Assembly (NCBI GenBank): GCA_021766785.1
Contig: JAICBP010000084.1
Location: 150,352-214,351, forward strand
Reading direction: 5' to 3'
Source of the DNA: Sulfurimonas sp. endosymbiont of Alviniconcha boucheti
Lineage (GTDB): Bacteria; Campylobacterota; Campylobacteria; Campylobacterales; Sulfurimonadaceae
DNA length: 64,000 bases
Shown here: positions 46,748 to 57,814 of the stretch, in pieces
Layout of the letters: every line of letters starts with the position of its first letter
Position numbering within the stretch: the stretch's first letter is position 1
Program-made: the position numbers and the translations under genes
Notes under the pieces: generated by a model
Told to the model about the DNA's origin: nothing
Database searches by the model: none
What the model saw: only the letters and a program-made list of their open reading frames with translations

Positions 46748-47747
46748 CAGTCTCAATAGCCCATGAAATAGTCTCACCTGCATACATAGGTACTACACCA
46801 TTATAGTTTTCAGGCACGGCAAAAGGACGTTTCTCAAGAGTTACCTCTTTAAACTCTGGACAGATACCGTAGATGCGTTGTGCATTATCACTTACAAAAT
46901 CTTGGAGGTTCTCTAACTTATTAAACTGTTCAAATATTTCACAAAGAAGTTGTAATGCAATAGGTGCAGTAAAGATACCAGCAGCACAGCCACAAGACTC
47001 TTTAGCATGTTGAGGGTGTGGTGCAGAATCACTTCCAAACATCACTTTAGGGTGTGCCTCTAGTGCTACACAAAGAAGAGCATCCAAATCCTCTGGACGT
47101 TTTGCAATAGGCTTACAGAAGAGATGGGGTTGCATCATACCACCAACAACATCATCAAGAGTTAAAAGAAGGTGATGCACTGTAATAGTTGCATAAAGAT
47201 TGTCATATTTATCAAGCATATCTACAGCGGCTTTAGTAGTAATGTGCTCCATAATAATTTTTAACTTTGGAAAATTTGTTGCTAAAAGCTCATAAATAGA
47301 CATAAACTCAGCTTCTCTATCCATCACAAAACCATCAGTCTCCCCATGAACACAAAGTGGAATTTGCAAATCACTCATCACTTGCAGAGTGGGACGCATC
47401 TCATCAATATCAAAAGAGCTTACTCCACCTTCAGAATTTGTAGTAATTCCAGCGGGATAAAGCTTAATCGCTAAGATTTCATCAGCAACAGACTCTAAAA
47501 AGGTTTTATCGTAGTTCTTGTAAAAAAGAGTCATATAGGGCTCAAAATTATCATTTGGTACTGCTGCTAGCACACGTTCTTTATAGGCTACTACTTCAGC
47601 TGCATTACTTATTGGAGGAACAAGGTTTGGCATAACAAGAGCTCCACTAAAAGAGTAAGCAGAAAGAGGAGCAACATTTTCAAGCATAACTGCATCACGA
47701 AGGTGGAGGTGCATATCTAGTGGCATTAAAAGTGTATGTGTTTTCAT
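46740..47747 (-). CDS. pyrC: dihydroorotase
   Basis: LLMPLDMHLHLRD, KLYPAG and FGSDSAPH motifs. Confidence 0.9.
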   Translation of the reverse strand: MKTHTLLMPLDMHLHLRDAVMLENVAPLSAYSFSGALVMPNLVPPISNAAEVVAYKERVLAAVPNDNFEPYMTLFYKNYDKTFLESVADEILAIKLYPAGITTNSEGGVSSFDIDEMRPTLQVMSDLQIPLCVHGETDGFVMDREAEFMSIYELLATNFPKLKIIMEHITTKAAVDMLDKYDNLYATITVHHLLLTLDDVVGGMMQPHLFCKPIAKRPEDLDALLCVALEAHPKVMFGSDSAPHPQHAKESCGCAAGIFTAPIALQLLCEIFEQFNKLENLQDFVSDNAQRIYGICPEFKEVTLEKRPFAVPENYNGVVPMYAGETISWAIETVD

Positions 47748-47878
47748 TTAAATCCTTAGGGAATAATTTTATTATAACAATTATACCTCAATTCTAAAAA
47801 TAAGTGCATTTTTCAAAATTCAAAAAATTATCTTTTCAACTTTTTAATTTTCTTCTCACTAATTTTACTAAAAGATAC

Positions 47879-48376
47879 CTAAGTTAAAATATATTTAGGA
47901 ATAAGACTCTTTATCTTTTTAAATATTTTTTCAAAATCAGTAGAGTAAACACGAGTATCAGCAATAGTTGTTATAAAGTTTGTATCACGATTAAAACGAG
48001 GAACAAGATGCATATGAATATGTTCAGCTATTCCTGCCCCACCCGCTTTACCAAGATTCATACCGATATTTACACCATCTGCACCAAAACCCTCTTTAAG
48101 AAGTTTTACCCCTTTTTGTGTGAGAGCTGTTATTTGCAGCCAACTCTTAGAATCTAGCTCTTCAAGTTTATCGGTATGTACATGGGGAATAATCATAAAA
48201 TGACCTGGTGTATATGGGTATTTGTTCATTACCATAAAGCAGTGTTCATCTCTATAAAGAACCTTAAACTCTTTGTCATCACTACTATTTTTTGAGATAT
48301 TGCAAAAGAGACACCCATCCATCTTTGCACCTGCTACATACTCATCTCGCCAAGGGGCATATAAAATATCTTCCAT
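47879..48376 (-). CDS. HIT-family nucleotide hydrolase/transferase
   Basis: HIHMHLVPR histidine triad. Confidence 0.85.
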   Translation of the reverse strand: MEDILYAPWRDEYVAGAKMDGCLFCNISKNSSDDKEFKVLYRDEHCFMVMNKYPYTPGHFMIIPHVHTDKLEELDSKSWLQITALTQKGVKLLKEGFGADGVNIGMNLGKAGGAGIAEHIHMHLVPRFNRDTNFITTIADTRVYSTDFEKIFKKIKSLIPKYILT

Positions 48377-48460
48377 TAAAAAACTCCATCTATTGTAAAT
48401 TACATAAATATTTTTGAACCGATCACATTAGACTCACATTAAGTAGCTTTTTTAGAACTC

Positions 48461-49756
48461 TCAAATAAAAGCAAAAACTAAATCAGGAAAAAGTACAACT
48501 AAACCTAAAGCAATAAGCTGTAACAGAATAAAAGGGATAATTCCCTTATAAATCTCCATCGTTGTTACACTATCACTAGCAGCTCCTTTGAGAAAAAAGA
48601 GTGAAAGCCCAAAAGGAGGGGTCAAAAAAGAGGCTTGTAAGTTCATAGCTATCAGTACTGCAAACCAAATAGGATCAATTCCAAACGCCGACATAATAGG
48701 CACTAATATAGGAACAATAATAAAACTAATCTCTATAAAATCAATAAAGAAACCAAGTATAAATATAGCAAGCATTGCTACCCAAATAAAGACCCAAACA
48801 TCCCCAATATCTTCACTAAAAAATTCTAAAATAAGATCACTACCACCAAGCTCGTTAAAAACTAGACTAAACGCCGTTGCTCCGATAAGAATCATAAAAA
48901 TCATACCACTAAGCTTCATACTCTCAAAAAGAGCATACTCTATCATCTTAGGAGAGAGTGTTTTGTTAAATAGGGAGAGTAAAATACCCCCAAAAACTCC
49001 AAATGCAGCCGACTCAGTAGGTGAAGCGATACCAGCGAAAATACTCCCGAGTACAGAGATCATTAACAATAAAGGAGGAACTATAGCTTTAAGCAGATCA
49101 AAGAGAGAGACCTTTTCATCACTTTTGAGTGCAGGAGCATCCTCTTTTTTGAGATAAGATCTAATGAGTATATAGCTGATATAAAGAGATACAAGAGTAA
49201 CTCCTGGCAAAACTGCCCCCATAAAAAGATCCCCCACACTCACACTCATAACATCCCCTAAAACAATAAGAATAATAGAGGGAGGAATAATCTGCCCTAG
49301 TGTTCCAGATGCAGCAATAGTTCCACTAGCGAGTGACTTATTATACCCAGCATTTACCATCAATGGAAGTGCAATTACACTCATCATCACAACAGATGCA
49401 GAGACTATTCCTGTAGAAGCAGCAAGTATAGCACCAACTAAGACTACACTCACACCAAGCCCACCACGAACACCCCCAAACATAGCAGACATAGAGATTA
49501 AAAGTTTCTCTGCCATTCCAGACTTCTCTAAAATAAGTCCCATTAAAATAAAAAGAGGTACTGCCATAAGTGTAGTATTGCTCATGATACCGTAAATACG
49601 AAATGGCAATATATTAAAAACATCAAAGCCCAGTTCTGGTATGCCAAACGCGAACATCATAGCAACTCCACCAAATGCAAACGCCACTGGAATACCAAGG
49701 AGTAGAAGAAAAAGTGCTACACTAAACATAACTATAGCAATCATAAAACCCTCCAT
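48461..49756 (-). CDS. dctM: TRAP transporter large permease
   Basis: 431 aa, polytopic. Typical DctM segments. Confidence 0.88.
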   Translation of the reverse strand: MEGFMIAIVMFSVALFLLLLGIPVAFAFGGVAMMFAFGIPELGFDVFNILPFRIYGIMSNTTLMAVPLFILMGLILEKSGMAEKLLISMSAMFGGVRGGLGVSVVLVGAILAASTGIVSASVVMMSVIALPLMVNAGYNKSLASGTIAASGTLGQIIPPSIILIVLGDVMSVSVGDLFMGAVLPGVTLVSLYISYILIRSYLKKEDAPALKSDEKVSLFDLLKAIVPPLLLMISVLGSIFAGIASPTESAAFGVFGGILLSLFNKTLSPKMIEYALFESMKLSGMIFMILIGATAFSLVFNELGGSDLILEFFSEDIGDVWVFIWVAMLAIFILGFFIDFIEISFIIVPILVPIMSAFGIDPIWFAVLIAMNLQASFLTPPFGLSLFFLKGAASDSVTTMEIYKGIIPFILLQLIALGLVVLFPDLVFAFI

Positions 49757-50229
49757 TTTTTTATCTCTTTTATTAAAAAAGATAAAGCTTCAAGAGCTAA
49801 GAAAAAAAATGCTAAAGGCATAAGTGATTTTACTATCCATCTGTGTGTAAGCCCACCAGGATCAGAGGAAGCTTCACTCTGTAAAAAACTCAACTCCACA
49901 AAACCAATACCTATGTAGATGATGAGTGCTGAGAGAGGTAGTATGAAAAAAAGCACTGAGAAGATATTTATAAAAGCTTGTATTTTAGGAGAGAACTTAT
50001 CGTAAAATATATCTACACGAACATGTGCATTATGTTTAAGAGTAAATGCGATACTTAACAATATAATCACATCATAAAAATGCCACTCTAACTCTTGAAG
50101 AGCCGTCGAACCAGAAGAGAAGAGATAGCGAGCAGTTGCATCATAAATAATAAGAGTTACAAGTAGTACAAGTATCAATGCTGTAAAGTAAGCAGTATAT
50201 TTAGAGAGAGTATCAATACTTAATTTCAT
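49741..50229 (-). CDS. dctQ: TRAP transporter small permease
   Basis: ATG 50229 lies 5 nt after AGGAG. Four TM helices. Overlaps dctM. Confidence 0.8.
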   Translation of the reverse strand: MKLSIDTLSKYTAYFTALILVLLVTLIIYDATARYLFSSGSTALQELEWHFYDVIILLSIAFTLKHNAHVRVDIFYDKFSPKIQAFINIFSVLFFILPLSALIIYIGIGFVELSFLQSEASSDPGGLTHRWIVKSLMPLAFFFLALEALSFLIKEIKKWRVL

Positions 50230-50551
50230 CTCTTCTCCTGATATTTTCATCGACTTACATAAATTAATTTGCATACAACAGATACAACTTAGCAAGTTAT
50301 CCAAATTAAGCACCTGATCTATTTTAACTCAAATGTAATTCAACTGCTATTATATCCTCTACAACTTTACACTTCTCTTTATTTGGTTCGTGGTGTTTAT
50401 ACTACATAAAGAAAAACATTGCTAACCAATAAGCCAACATAGGACCCTCCTTTTGTTGATTTAATAGATATACCATCAAGTTTATCTACCGTTTGAGGAA
50501 TGATATAAAAAATTTATTAATACTACAAGAGATAATCAACTGCAAGGCTTA

Positions 50552-52000
50552 TTAGATAAAGTTTGGTGCATCATTTGCAAAAAGGATAATATCACCCGAC
50601 TTTGTCTTCTTAGCTAACACAGCAGTAAGGTTCGTCTTATCTGCCAACATAACTTTTTGTTTCACAGCTAAATGCTTCTCAAATAGCTCTGCATTTAGTG
50701 AACCTGTTACTATAACTATATCAAAAATCTCATTTATGGCGTTTATAAGTTTGAGGTTTAACTCCTCTGTACTCTCTACTAACCCTGGTGTTACTATGAC
50801 TTTTTGTCCTCCTTTATGTAGTGAGCAGAGTCTTATACCCTCAAGCATACCATCTATATTTCCATTGTAACCATCATCTAAGATATATTTTCCACCTGCT
50901 TTTATCATCTGTAATCTATGCTCTACTGGTTCTAACTCTTTCACAGCTTTGCTTATCTCATCATTACTCATACCGAACTCTTTAGCTATACGAATAGCTA
51001 CAGCGATATTTATAGTCTGAAAAGAACCTAAAACATTAGTATGTAAGTTTAGAGTAGTTTCATCAAAACATATAGAGAAGTCAATTCCCTCCAATCCTGC
51101 ATCTATATTACTTACTTCATCTCCGAAAAAAGTCACTTTTTCATGGAACTCATCTGTAACAGAAGTGTGTATAAAAGCCTTTTGTAAACGTGGAGACTGC
51201 ATTATCTCTAACTTTGTGGCTATAATGTTTTTGAGAGATTTGAAGTACTCGATATGAGCTTTACCAACACATCCAACTACTACTGTTTGAGGTGCAACAA
51301 AAGTAGTAATATCATAAATATCTCCTCTCTCACGTGCACCTGCTTCACAAATGTATATCTCTGTATCTTCAGGGAGAGAATTATTTACATCACTCACTAT
51401 ACCCTTTAGAGTATTGATACTCCTTGGCGTTGCATAGACCTTGAATTTTTGTGCAAGCATCTGTACCAAAAAGTTTTTGATACTTGTTTTTCCATAACTT
51501 CCTGTAATAGCTATAACTTGGAGTTTATCCATACTTGCAAGTTTTCTTTTTGCCTCTTTTTTATAAACCATAAAAAGATATTTTTCTATTATATAAGATC
51601 CTATATAAGCCATCGCCAAAGGCATAAAAACACCATAAATCTGACATACATCTTTCAGCGTGCAAAGTAGATCTTGAAAAAGAGTTAAACCTACTAAGAG
51701 GATAAGAAAACGTTTTACACGCCATGTTAGAAGAAGTTTTTTGTCAAGTTTTTTGTACCAAAAAATAATGGCAGGCAAAAAAGCAAAGAGAAAAAAGATA
51801 AGAAAAAACTTTCCTGTTGTATAGTAAACAACCAAAGGAATAATAAAATACATAACATGCCACTGCGGCTTATGGTGCTTCAGAACAACACGGGAAAAGC
51901 TATAGTTATACCACTGAAGGTTCGTAATAAGATACCAACCTAAAAGTGTAACAAAGAGAGTATTTACCGCAAAGTTTATCAATATTTCAAACTCTTGCAT
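50552..52000 (-). CDS. murF: UDP-MurNAc-tripeptide--D-Ala-D-Ala ligase with a hydrophobic N-terminal domain
   Basis: ITGSYGKTS P-loop and Mur ligase central and C-terminal domains. The first ~145 aa form about 4 TM helices. Confidence 0.88.
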   Translation of the reverse strand: MQEFEILINFAVNTLFVTLLGWYLITNLQWYNYSFSRVVLKHHKPQWHVMYFIIPLVVYYTTGKFFLIFFLFAFLPAIIFWYKKLDKKLLLTWRVKRFLILLVGLTLFQDLLCTLKDVCQIYGVFMPLAMAYIGSYIIEKYLFMVYKKEAKRKLASMDKLQVIAITGSYGKTSIKNFLVQMLAQKFKVYATPRSINTLKGIVSDVNNSLPEDTEIYICEAGARERGDIYDITTFVAPQTVVVGCVGKAHIEYFKSLKNIIATKLEIMQSPRLQKAFIHTSVTDEFHEKVTFFGDEVSNIDAGLEGIDFSICFDETTLNLHTNVLGSFQTINIAVAIRIAKEFGMSNDEISKAVKELEPVEHRLQMIKAGGKYILDDGYNGNIDGMLEGIRLCSLHKGGQKVIVTPGLVESTEELNLKLINAINEIFDIVIVTGSLNAELFEKHLAVKQKVMLADKTNLTAVLAKKTKSGDIILFANDAPNFI

Positions 52001-52001
52001 A

Positions 52002-52736
52002 CTAATTTCCTAATGTTGTTAAAAAAGTCTCTTCACTCTTTTTGGCGATATTTTCTGCATTTTTAGTAAAGAAGAAATGATCCCCCTCATAGACTTCTAA
52101 ACGAGAATCTTTTATAAGTTTACTCATCTCTTTTCCTGAGCTAAGAGGTGTAGCACTGTCCTCTTTTGCAAAACAGATAAGTGCTTTTCCATAAAATTTA
52201 GAAAATTCATCTCTAAAATCTTCATTGACTACATTTTTAAAGGTTTCATACATAGGACGACTCAATTTTTTTGCATCTTCTGCTACAAAAAGTGTACGAA
52301 ATCTACTCAGTCCAAAATAGTTCAAAAATTTTGTAGCAGCAATTTTTAGCTTTACTATTAATGATTTATTTCTGTAAATACCTGCACTTGCAATAAGTAT
52401 AAGCACTTTTGGATCTAAAATAAGTGCTACTTTTCCTCCAAAAGAGTGTCCAAGTACTATATCTTTTTTGGCATTTATATGAATCATAAGCAGCTCTACA
52501 ATTCGAGCAACATTTTTAGTATCTAAGGCGATGGGACAGGTTGAATTTCCAAAACCAGGTAAATCTATATAAATATGGCGAAATCCTTGCATATATGATC
52601 CAAAAGAATTTTTCATAAACTCCTTATTTGCACCCCAACCATGGAGAATAATAATATCTACTTTAGCCTCTGGATTAAGTATCTCATAACATATATCAAA
52701 AGTGTGCTGAAGGTATTGAATAGACTTAACTGCCAT
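52002..52736 (-). CDS. alpha/beta hydrolase
   Basis: GHSFGG nucleophile elbow. Located between ddl and murF. Confidence 0.8.
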   Translation of the reverse strand: MAVKSIQYLQHTFDICYEILNPEAKVDIIILHGWGANKEFMKNSFGSYMQGFRHIYIDLPGFGNSTCPIALDTKNVARIVELLMIHINAKKDIVLGHSFGGKVALILDPKVLILIASAGIYRNKSLIVKLKIAATKFLNYFGLSRFRTLFVAEDAKKLSRPMYETFKNVVNEDFRDEFSKFYGKALICFAKEDSATPLSSGKEMSKLIKDSRLEVYEGDHFFFTKNAENIAKKSEETFLTTLGN

Positions 52737-53773
52737 TATTTTCCTTTTGCTTGTGAGATTGAGTGAATATAATTGTAATGAACATTTGCTTTTTTTGCAT
52801 AGGAGAGAGAGTTACTAAGTGCTTTTATAGATGCAGGAAAATCTTCAAAAAGGTAGTTTGCCATAGAGCCAGGAATAGGGTTTATCTCATTGAGTAGTAC
52901 TTCACCATCGATAACAAAAAAGTCACAACGGATCAGTGCTCCCTCAAACATACCACGATAAATTTTCTCAAAATTTGACTTAAGTTTGTTACTAAGTTCT
53001 TCCCCTATCTCTGCATGACGTACCTGTTCAGAGCGTGAGAAATCCATATACTTCTTCTCAAAGTCTAAAAACTCCTCTTTTTGAGGCTCTTCAACTATAG
53101 AAAAATAGATCTTACCATCTGCCATATAACCAGCAAGGTTATACTCTTTTACACCCTCAATAAATGGCTCAACGATAACATTACTATCAAACTCAAACGC
53201 CGTGTCTAAAGCATAATCAAGTTTTGATTTCTCTTTTACAACACTTACACCAATAGAACTTCCTAAAGAGGCAGGTTTCACAATAACTGGCATAGAGAGA
53301 CTTAGATTTACCTCTCTCTCCCTACTGAGGAGTTCATAAGCAACACTTTTCACACCAATAGCATCACAGAGGTATTTTGTATAACGTTTATCATAAGAAA
53401 AAGTACATGCCTCTTTGCGTGGACCAATAAACTTAATCTTGTAAAAGTCAAGAAGAGAAGCAATAGTCCCATCCTCTCCATCTGAACCATGGATAAGATT
53501 TAAGACAGTATTTGTATGTAGTGTAGAATTTAAAAATGTTTTTTGCAAAAAACCACCATTTGTCAAGGTTAATTCTGGCATCTTTTTATGGAGTTGTTTA
53601 CTAAAAGTTGTCGCTTTCATCTTATTAGCCTCTATAAGATAAAACTTATGATCTCCATCACAAAAGATAAAACTCAAATCAAAACTACTCAACTTCTCTT
53701 TCACTGTTATAGCACTTACAACACTGATCTCATGCTCAAAACTCGCCCCACCAAATAAAATAGTTAATTTCAA
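52736..53773 (-). CDS. ddl: D-alanine--D-alanine ligase
   Basis: ATP-grasp protein. ILFGGASFEHEISVVSA, HGSDGEDG, KPASLGSSIGV, NEINPIPG. Confidence 0.92.
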   Translation of the reverse strand: MKLTILFGGASFEHEISVVSAITVKEKLSSFDLSFIFCDGDHKFYLIEANKMKATTFSKQLHKKMPELTLTNGGFLQKTFLNSTLHTNTVLNLIHGSDGEDGTIASLLDFYKIKFIGPRKEACTFSYDKRYTKYLCDAIGVKSVAYELLSREREVNLSLSMPVIVKPASLGSSIGVSVVKEKSKLDYALDTAFEFDSNVIVEPFIEGVKEYNLAGYMADGKIYFSIVEEPQKEEFLDFEKKYMDFSRSEQVRHAEIGEELSNKLKSNFEKIYRGMFEGALIRCDFFVIDGEVLLNEINPIPGSMANYLFEDFPASIKALSNSLSYAKKANVHYNYIHSISQAKGK

Positions 53774-53786
53774 TATATATCCTTTT

Positions 53787-54359
53787 TCAAACTGTTTTTA
53801 GTAATTTTAGAGCACCTTTTACAAGTGCTGCAGTATCATCGCCTTCACAAGCTGTGAGTGCCTTAGATATTTTATCTTTTTTAAAACCTAGTGCTTCAAG
53901 TGCTTCTTTTGCCTGAGCAAATGCTATAGTTGCATTTGTACTACCATCACCGGCGTTTATAAGCTCGGTATCAAAACCAGCGAGTTCAACAAGAATACGC
54001 CCTGCTCCCTTTGGTCCTATACCTGGTACTTTTTTTACACCATTTAAGTCTTTGTTATTTATAACTGTTGCAAACTGAGAAGGAGTATATGTCGAACAGA
54101 TAGCCATTGCTACCTTTGGACCTACTCCATTTATTTTTATGAGTCGCGCAAACATCTTCTTCTCATTTCTATCCATAAAACCAAAGAGCAGTGAGGCATC
54201 TTCACGAATTATTTGCGAAGTAAAAAGAGAGATCTCATCCCTACCTAGTGCCGAAAAAGTTTGTAAAGAGATAAACACCTCATAGACTATACCCTGTACA
54301 TCTATATGTACAAATGTGGGCTCTTTATATACTACATTTCCTTTAAGACCAACTATCAT
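53787..54359 (-). CDS. ruvA: Holliday junction DNA helicase subunit RuvA
   Basis: MIVGLKGNV..., HhH motifs INGVGPKVA and VPGIGPKGAGRI. Confidence 0.92.
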   Translation of the reverse strand: MIVGLKGNVVYKEPTFVHIDVQGIVYEVFISLQTFSALGRDEISLFTSQIIREDASLLFGFMDRNEKKMFARLIKINGVGPKVAMAICSTYTPSQFATVINNKDLNGVKKVPGIGPKGAGRILVELAGFDTELINAGDGSTNATIAFAQAKEALEALGFKKDKISKALTACEGDDTAALVKGALKLLKTV

Positions 54360-56263
54360 TCTGCCATTGCCTTTATTGTGTATTCACCTTCTGTATTTTG
54401 TACTAAACCAAAAATCATCTCTTTTGATCCTTCTGCTGGTTTATGTATCAGCTCTATAGGTGGATCAATAAGTTTAAATTTTATCTCATTATAACCTACC
54501 CATTTATCTCTATTTACTATCCGAGCATCTAAAATATCATCTTGCAAGGAGGATGTTCTAGTAGTCTGGAGAAGAAGTTGGTCATTTTGAGTAGAATACT
54601 CTTTTTTTCGTTCTTCCAAATCATCTTGTAACTTTATAAAGGACTTATACTTTTGAACAAAAGATGTTGGAAGTTTTACACCATTTTTCTTATAATGAAT
54701 AAGCCTTTTTTTTATATCTAAAAAAGCGGGTCTGCCTCTTCTGATATGCTCTTCTAATCTCTGAATTTCAGAGTTAATACTCTTTAAAGAGGACTCCAGC
54801 TCACTTATAGTCTCTCTGTTATCATTGAGACTCTTTTGTATATTTTTTTTTAGGAGTAGATCTATAACAAAACTATTCTCACTCCCTTGAAGTTTTTTGA
54901 TTTCTATATACCGTGTTGCTATTGCTTGAATATTGGAATCACATACCTCAATGTAAATATCTTTTGCACGAATAACCCCACCTATTGCTTTGGTTATGTA
55001 AACATTATCACCCTCTACCTCACCATGTTCTAGTCGTACAATATGAACTTCTTTACCTTGAGCATTCCCTTTGTGAATATTTATATCTAACTCATCTGCT
55101 TTTATGAAAGAAGTTTTATGTGTCTGTCCACCTACTCTTGCCTTAAGAGCTACAACATGTGCATTTGAACCAATATTTCTATCTATATCTATCTCACTAA
55201 CCTCAACCTTCATACCAGAGCCTATAGCATCTTTGTCACCATCTGTTTCATTAATACTTAGGCTCACATTAGAATCAATACCGCTTAATATATTTCCTGT
55301 AGTTCTAAAACTAATCTCATTAACACCCATCTCTTTTTTTATACTATATATATTATCTTTAAAAGCAACATATCCATTCTCTCTAGCGATATACTTCACA
55401 CTTCTACTATCTTCTTCTTCAGAGATAGTTTCATCAACTCTAAATTTTATCTTATGCGCAACAATAGGCTCATCAGGAAGAGTAGACTCTCCACGGCAAT
55501 TACGTCCTGCTGTACCTTTTATAGGTTTTATATATTCTATAAGTAACTCATCTTTTTTCACACTTTTAATAAAACCTCGAGAAGCATAGTCTATTTTCTC
55601 ATGCTCTTTTATCTCATTATTTGAATTTTCATAGTGAAGAATAAGTTCATCATTTTGTGTTGGTATTGGCTCAATACCCTCAGCAATAAGCAATATCTCT
55701 TTTTTCTCAAAAACAAGAGAGCCTCTCGCCTCAATCTCAGCACTTAATTTCAGAATAACCTTATGCAGCATCTCATCAAAAATATTGACCAAAATACCAG
55801 CTCTAACTTTTTTCTTATTGACAAGATTTACTAAATTTTCATTTAAATTCATACTCTTTTCTAATTTAGAACCTTTACTAATACTCATATAAACCTTACA
55901 CTTGCTAGCATTCACTCCAATAGTAAACTTAAAATCTGCAAAAGTATTATGAGTGGTTTTATGTGAGAAAATTTCTATTTCATAGGTCTGTTTTATTTCA
56001 AAATGAGGATTCAAAAGAGCTTCGACACGATCTAGGTCTTCAAGTTCATCATTTGTTATATGTTTCCATTGAGTATCTAATGAATCATTATTTATACGTA
56101 TGTATGTAAATATCTTTAAAAGATTAAAGTCTAAGGAGTTTACATCTACATTGTGCTCAATAGCAATCTTTTTGATCTCTTTTACAATATTTTGAGTACG
56201 TACTATAGTCGGGCTAACAGTACTCCTCTCTATAGTAGGTTTAGAAGAACCAAATAGTGCCAT
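54356..56263 (-). CDS. FapA (DUF342) family protein
   Basis: 635 aa with a beta-helix-like central repeat region and a C-terminal coiled-coil. Family call from overall pattern. Confidence 0.6.
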   Translation of the reverse strand: MALFGSSKPTIERSTVSPTIVRTQNIVKEIKKIAIEHNVDVNSLDFNLLKIFTYIRINNDSLDTQWKHITNDELEDLDRVEALLNPHFEIKQTYEIEIFSHKTTHNTFADFKFTIGVNASKCKVYMSISKGSKLEKSMNLNENLVNLVNKKKVRAGILVNIFDEMLHKVILKLSAEIEARGSLVFEKKEILLIAEGIEPIPTQNDELILHYENSNNEIKEHEKIDYASRGFIKSVKKDELLIEYIKPIKGTAGRNCRGESTLPDEPIVAHKIKFRVDETISEEEDSRSVKYIARENGYVAFKDNIYSIKKEMGVNEISFRTTGNILSGIDSNVSLSINETDGDKDAIGSGMKVEVSEIDIDRNIGSNAHVVALKARVGGQTHKTSFIKADELDINIHKGNAQGKEVHIVRLEHGEVEGDNVYITKAIGGVIRAKDIYIEVCDSNIQAIATRYIEIKKLQGSENSFVIDLLLKKNIQKSLNDNRETISELESSLKSINSEIQRLEEHIRRGRPAFLDIKKRLIHYKKNGVKLPTSFVQKYKSFIKLQDDLEERKKEYSTQNDQLLLQTTRTSSLQDDILDARIVNRDKWVGYNEIKFKLIDPPIELIHKPAEGSKEMIFGLVQNTEGEYTIKAMAE

Positions 56264-56364
56264 AATCTACTCACCGACTTTATATTAAATTTATTTTTGA
56301 GTCTATTTTAACTAAAAGTTTGTTAAACTTTCGTAAAATCAAATATATATCGACAAAGAGTCCT

Positions 56365-57777
56365 ATGTTTAAAACAATATTTACCAATAGTTTCGGCATC
56401 TTAATTTCACGTATTTTAGGATTTGGACGAGATTTACTCACAGCTTCAGCTCTCGGTGCAAACATTTATAGTGATATATTTTTTATAGCATTTAAACTCC
56501 CAAATCTCTTTCGCCGTATCTTTGCAGAAGGCGCATTTACGCAAGTGTTTATCCCTGCATTTGCTAAAAGTAAAAATAAGGCAGTTTTTTCTATACATAT
56601 CTTTTTCATTTTTCTCTCTATTATCCTTCTTATCACCCTTTTTGTCAACCTCCTGCCTACGCTCTTTACAAAAGCCATAGCTGTTGGGTTTAGTAAAGAG
56701 AGTATAGAGATAGCATCTCCCTATGTAGCTATTAATTTCTGGTATCTTCCACTTATCTTTTCTGTAACATTTTTAAGTGGAATACTCCAGTACAAAAATC
56801 ACTTCGCCACAACTGCATTTAGCACAGCACTTCTTAATCTCTCTCTCATAGGTGCACTCCTCTTGAGCCATAATAAAGAAGAGAGTGAAATAGTTTACTA
56901 TCTTAGTTTTGGAGTTGTTCTAGGAGGTTTACTCCAACTTAGCACTCATATCATCACTATTTACAATATGGGACTTATGAAGCTTCTTTTTGGCGGTATA
57001 AAGTACCTCAGAGTAAAGAGTAAAATCATTACAAAAGATACAAAAAAATTCCGTCGTCAATTCTTTCCTGCAGTTTGGGGAAACTCAACTGCACAGGTCT
57101 CAGCATTTTTAGATACATTTTTAGCATCATTTTTGACAACAGGTTCTATCTCTTATCTCTACTATGCTAACCGTATCTTTCAGCTTCCATTAGCACTCTT
57201 TGCTATTGCTACATCTATCGCCCTCTTTCCAAAAATAGCCAAATATCTCAAATATAATGATGAGATAAAGGCAAAACAAAATCTTAAAAAAGCTTTCTGG
57301 TTCTTGGCGTTTGTTCTTACGGCAAGTACTATAGGCGGTATCATCTTAGCAAAAGAGATAACATGGTTACTCTTTGAACATGGTGCATTCAGTGCAACAG
57401 ATACCATAAATACTACAATAGTACTACAGATGTACATGATAGGGCTCCTACCATTTGGGCTACAAAAGCTTTTTCTCCTCTGGCTCTATGCAAAGGAGAT
57501 GCAGATGCAAGCTGCTAAGATAGCTACACTCTCTCTTATAGTTTATATAATAATGGCACTCTCTTTCATTTCACTCTTTGGAGTAGCAGGACTCGCCCTA
57601 GCAAGTACTCTTGGAGGTATAATGAGTTTTATCTTGACTCTAAAAACATTTGGTTTTACTAACTTTGTGGAGATTATCCATTCTAAGTACACTTTATATC
57701 TACTACTTGGAGCTGTTCTTTTTACTTTTGTTATGCTTGCATTAAAGAGTCTTATAGCAATGTATTTGCTACACTAA
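56365..57777 (+). CDS. murJ: lipid II flippase MurJ
   Basis: Start [23 protein letters not shown] matches the MurJ N-terminus. 14 TM helices. Confidence 0.9.
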   Translation: MFKTIFTNSFGILISRILGFGRDLLTASALGANIYSDIFFIAFKLPNLFRRIFAEGAFTQVFIPAFAKSKNKAVFSIHIFFIFLSIILLITLFVNLLPTLFTKAIAVGFSKESIEIASPYVAINFWYLPLIFSVTFLSGILQYKNHFATTAFSTALLNLSLIGALLLSHNKEESEIVYYLSFGVVLGGLLQLSTHIITIYNMGLMKLLFGGIKYLRVKSKIITKDTKKFRRQFFPAVWGNSTAQVSAFLDTFLASFLTTGSISYLYYANRIFQLPLALFAIATSIALFPKIAKYLKYNDEIKAKQNLKKAFWFLAFVLTASTIGGIILAKEITWLLFEHGAFSATDTINTTIVLQMYMIGLLPFGLQKLFLLWLYAKEMQMQAAKIATLSLIVYIIMALSFISLFGVAGLALASTLGGIMSFILTLKTFGFTNFVEIIHSKYTLYLLLGAVLFTFVMLALKSLIAMYLLH

Positions 57778-57814
57778 TTCTAAAAATAAGTACAATTTAG
57801 CTATAATTCCATCA

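Noticed and set aside
48588-49157. 189-aa plus-strand ORF inside dctM
   Set aside because: It is antisense to a polytopic permease gene. Its composition (I/S/K/P-rich) is characteristic of a shadow ORF.
55104-55589. 161-aa plus-strand ORF inside the FapA-like gene
   Set aside because: Antisense shadow frame. No start context and no motifs.
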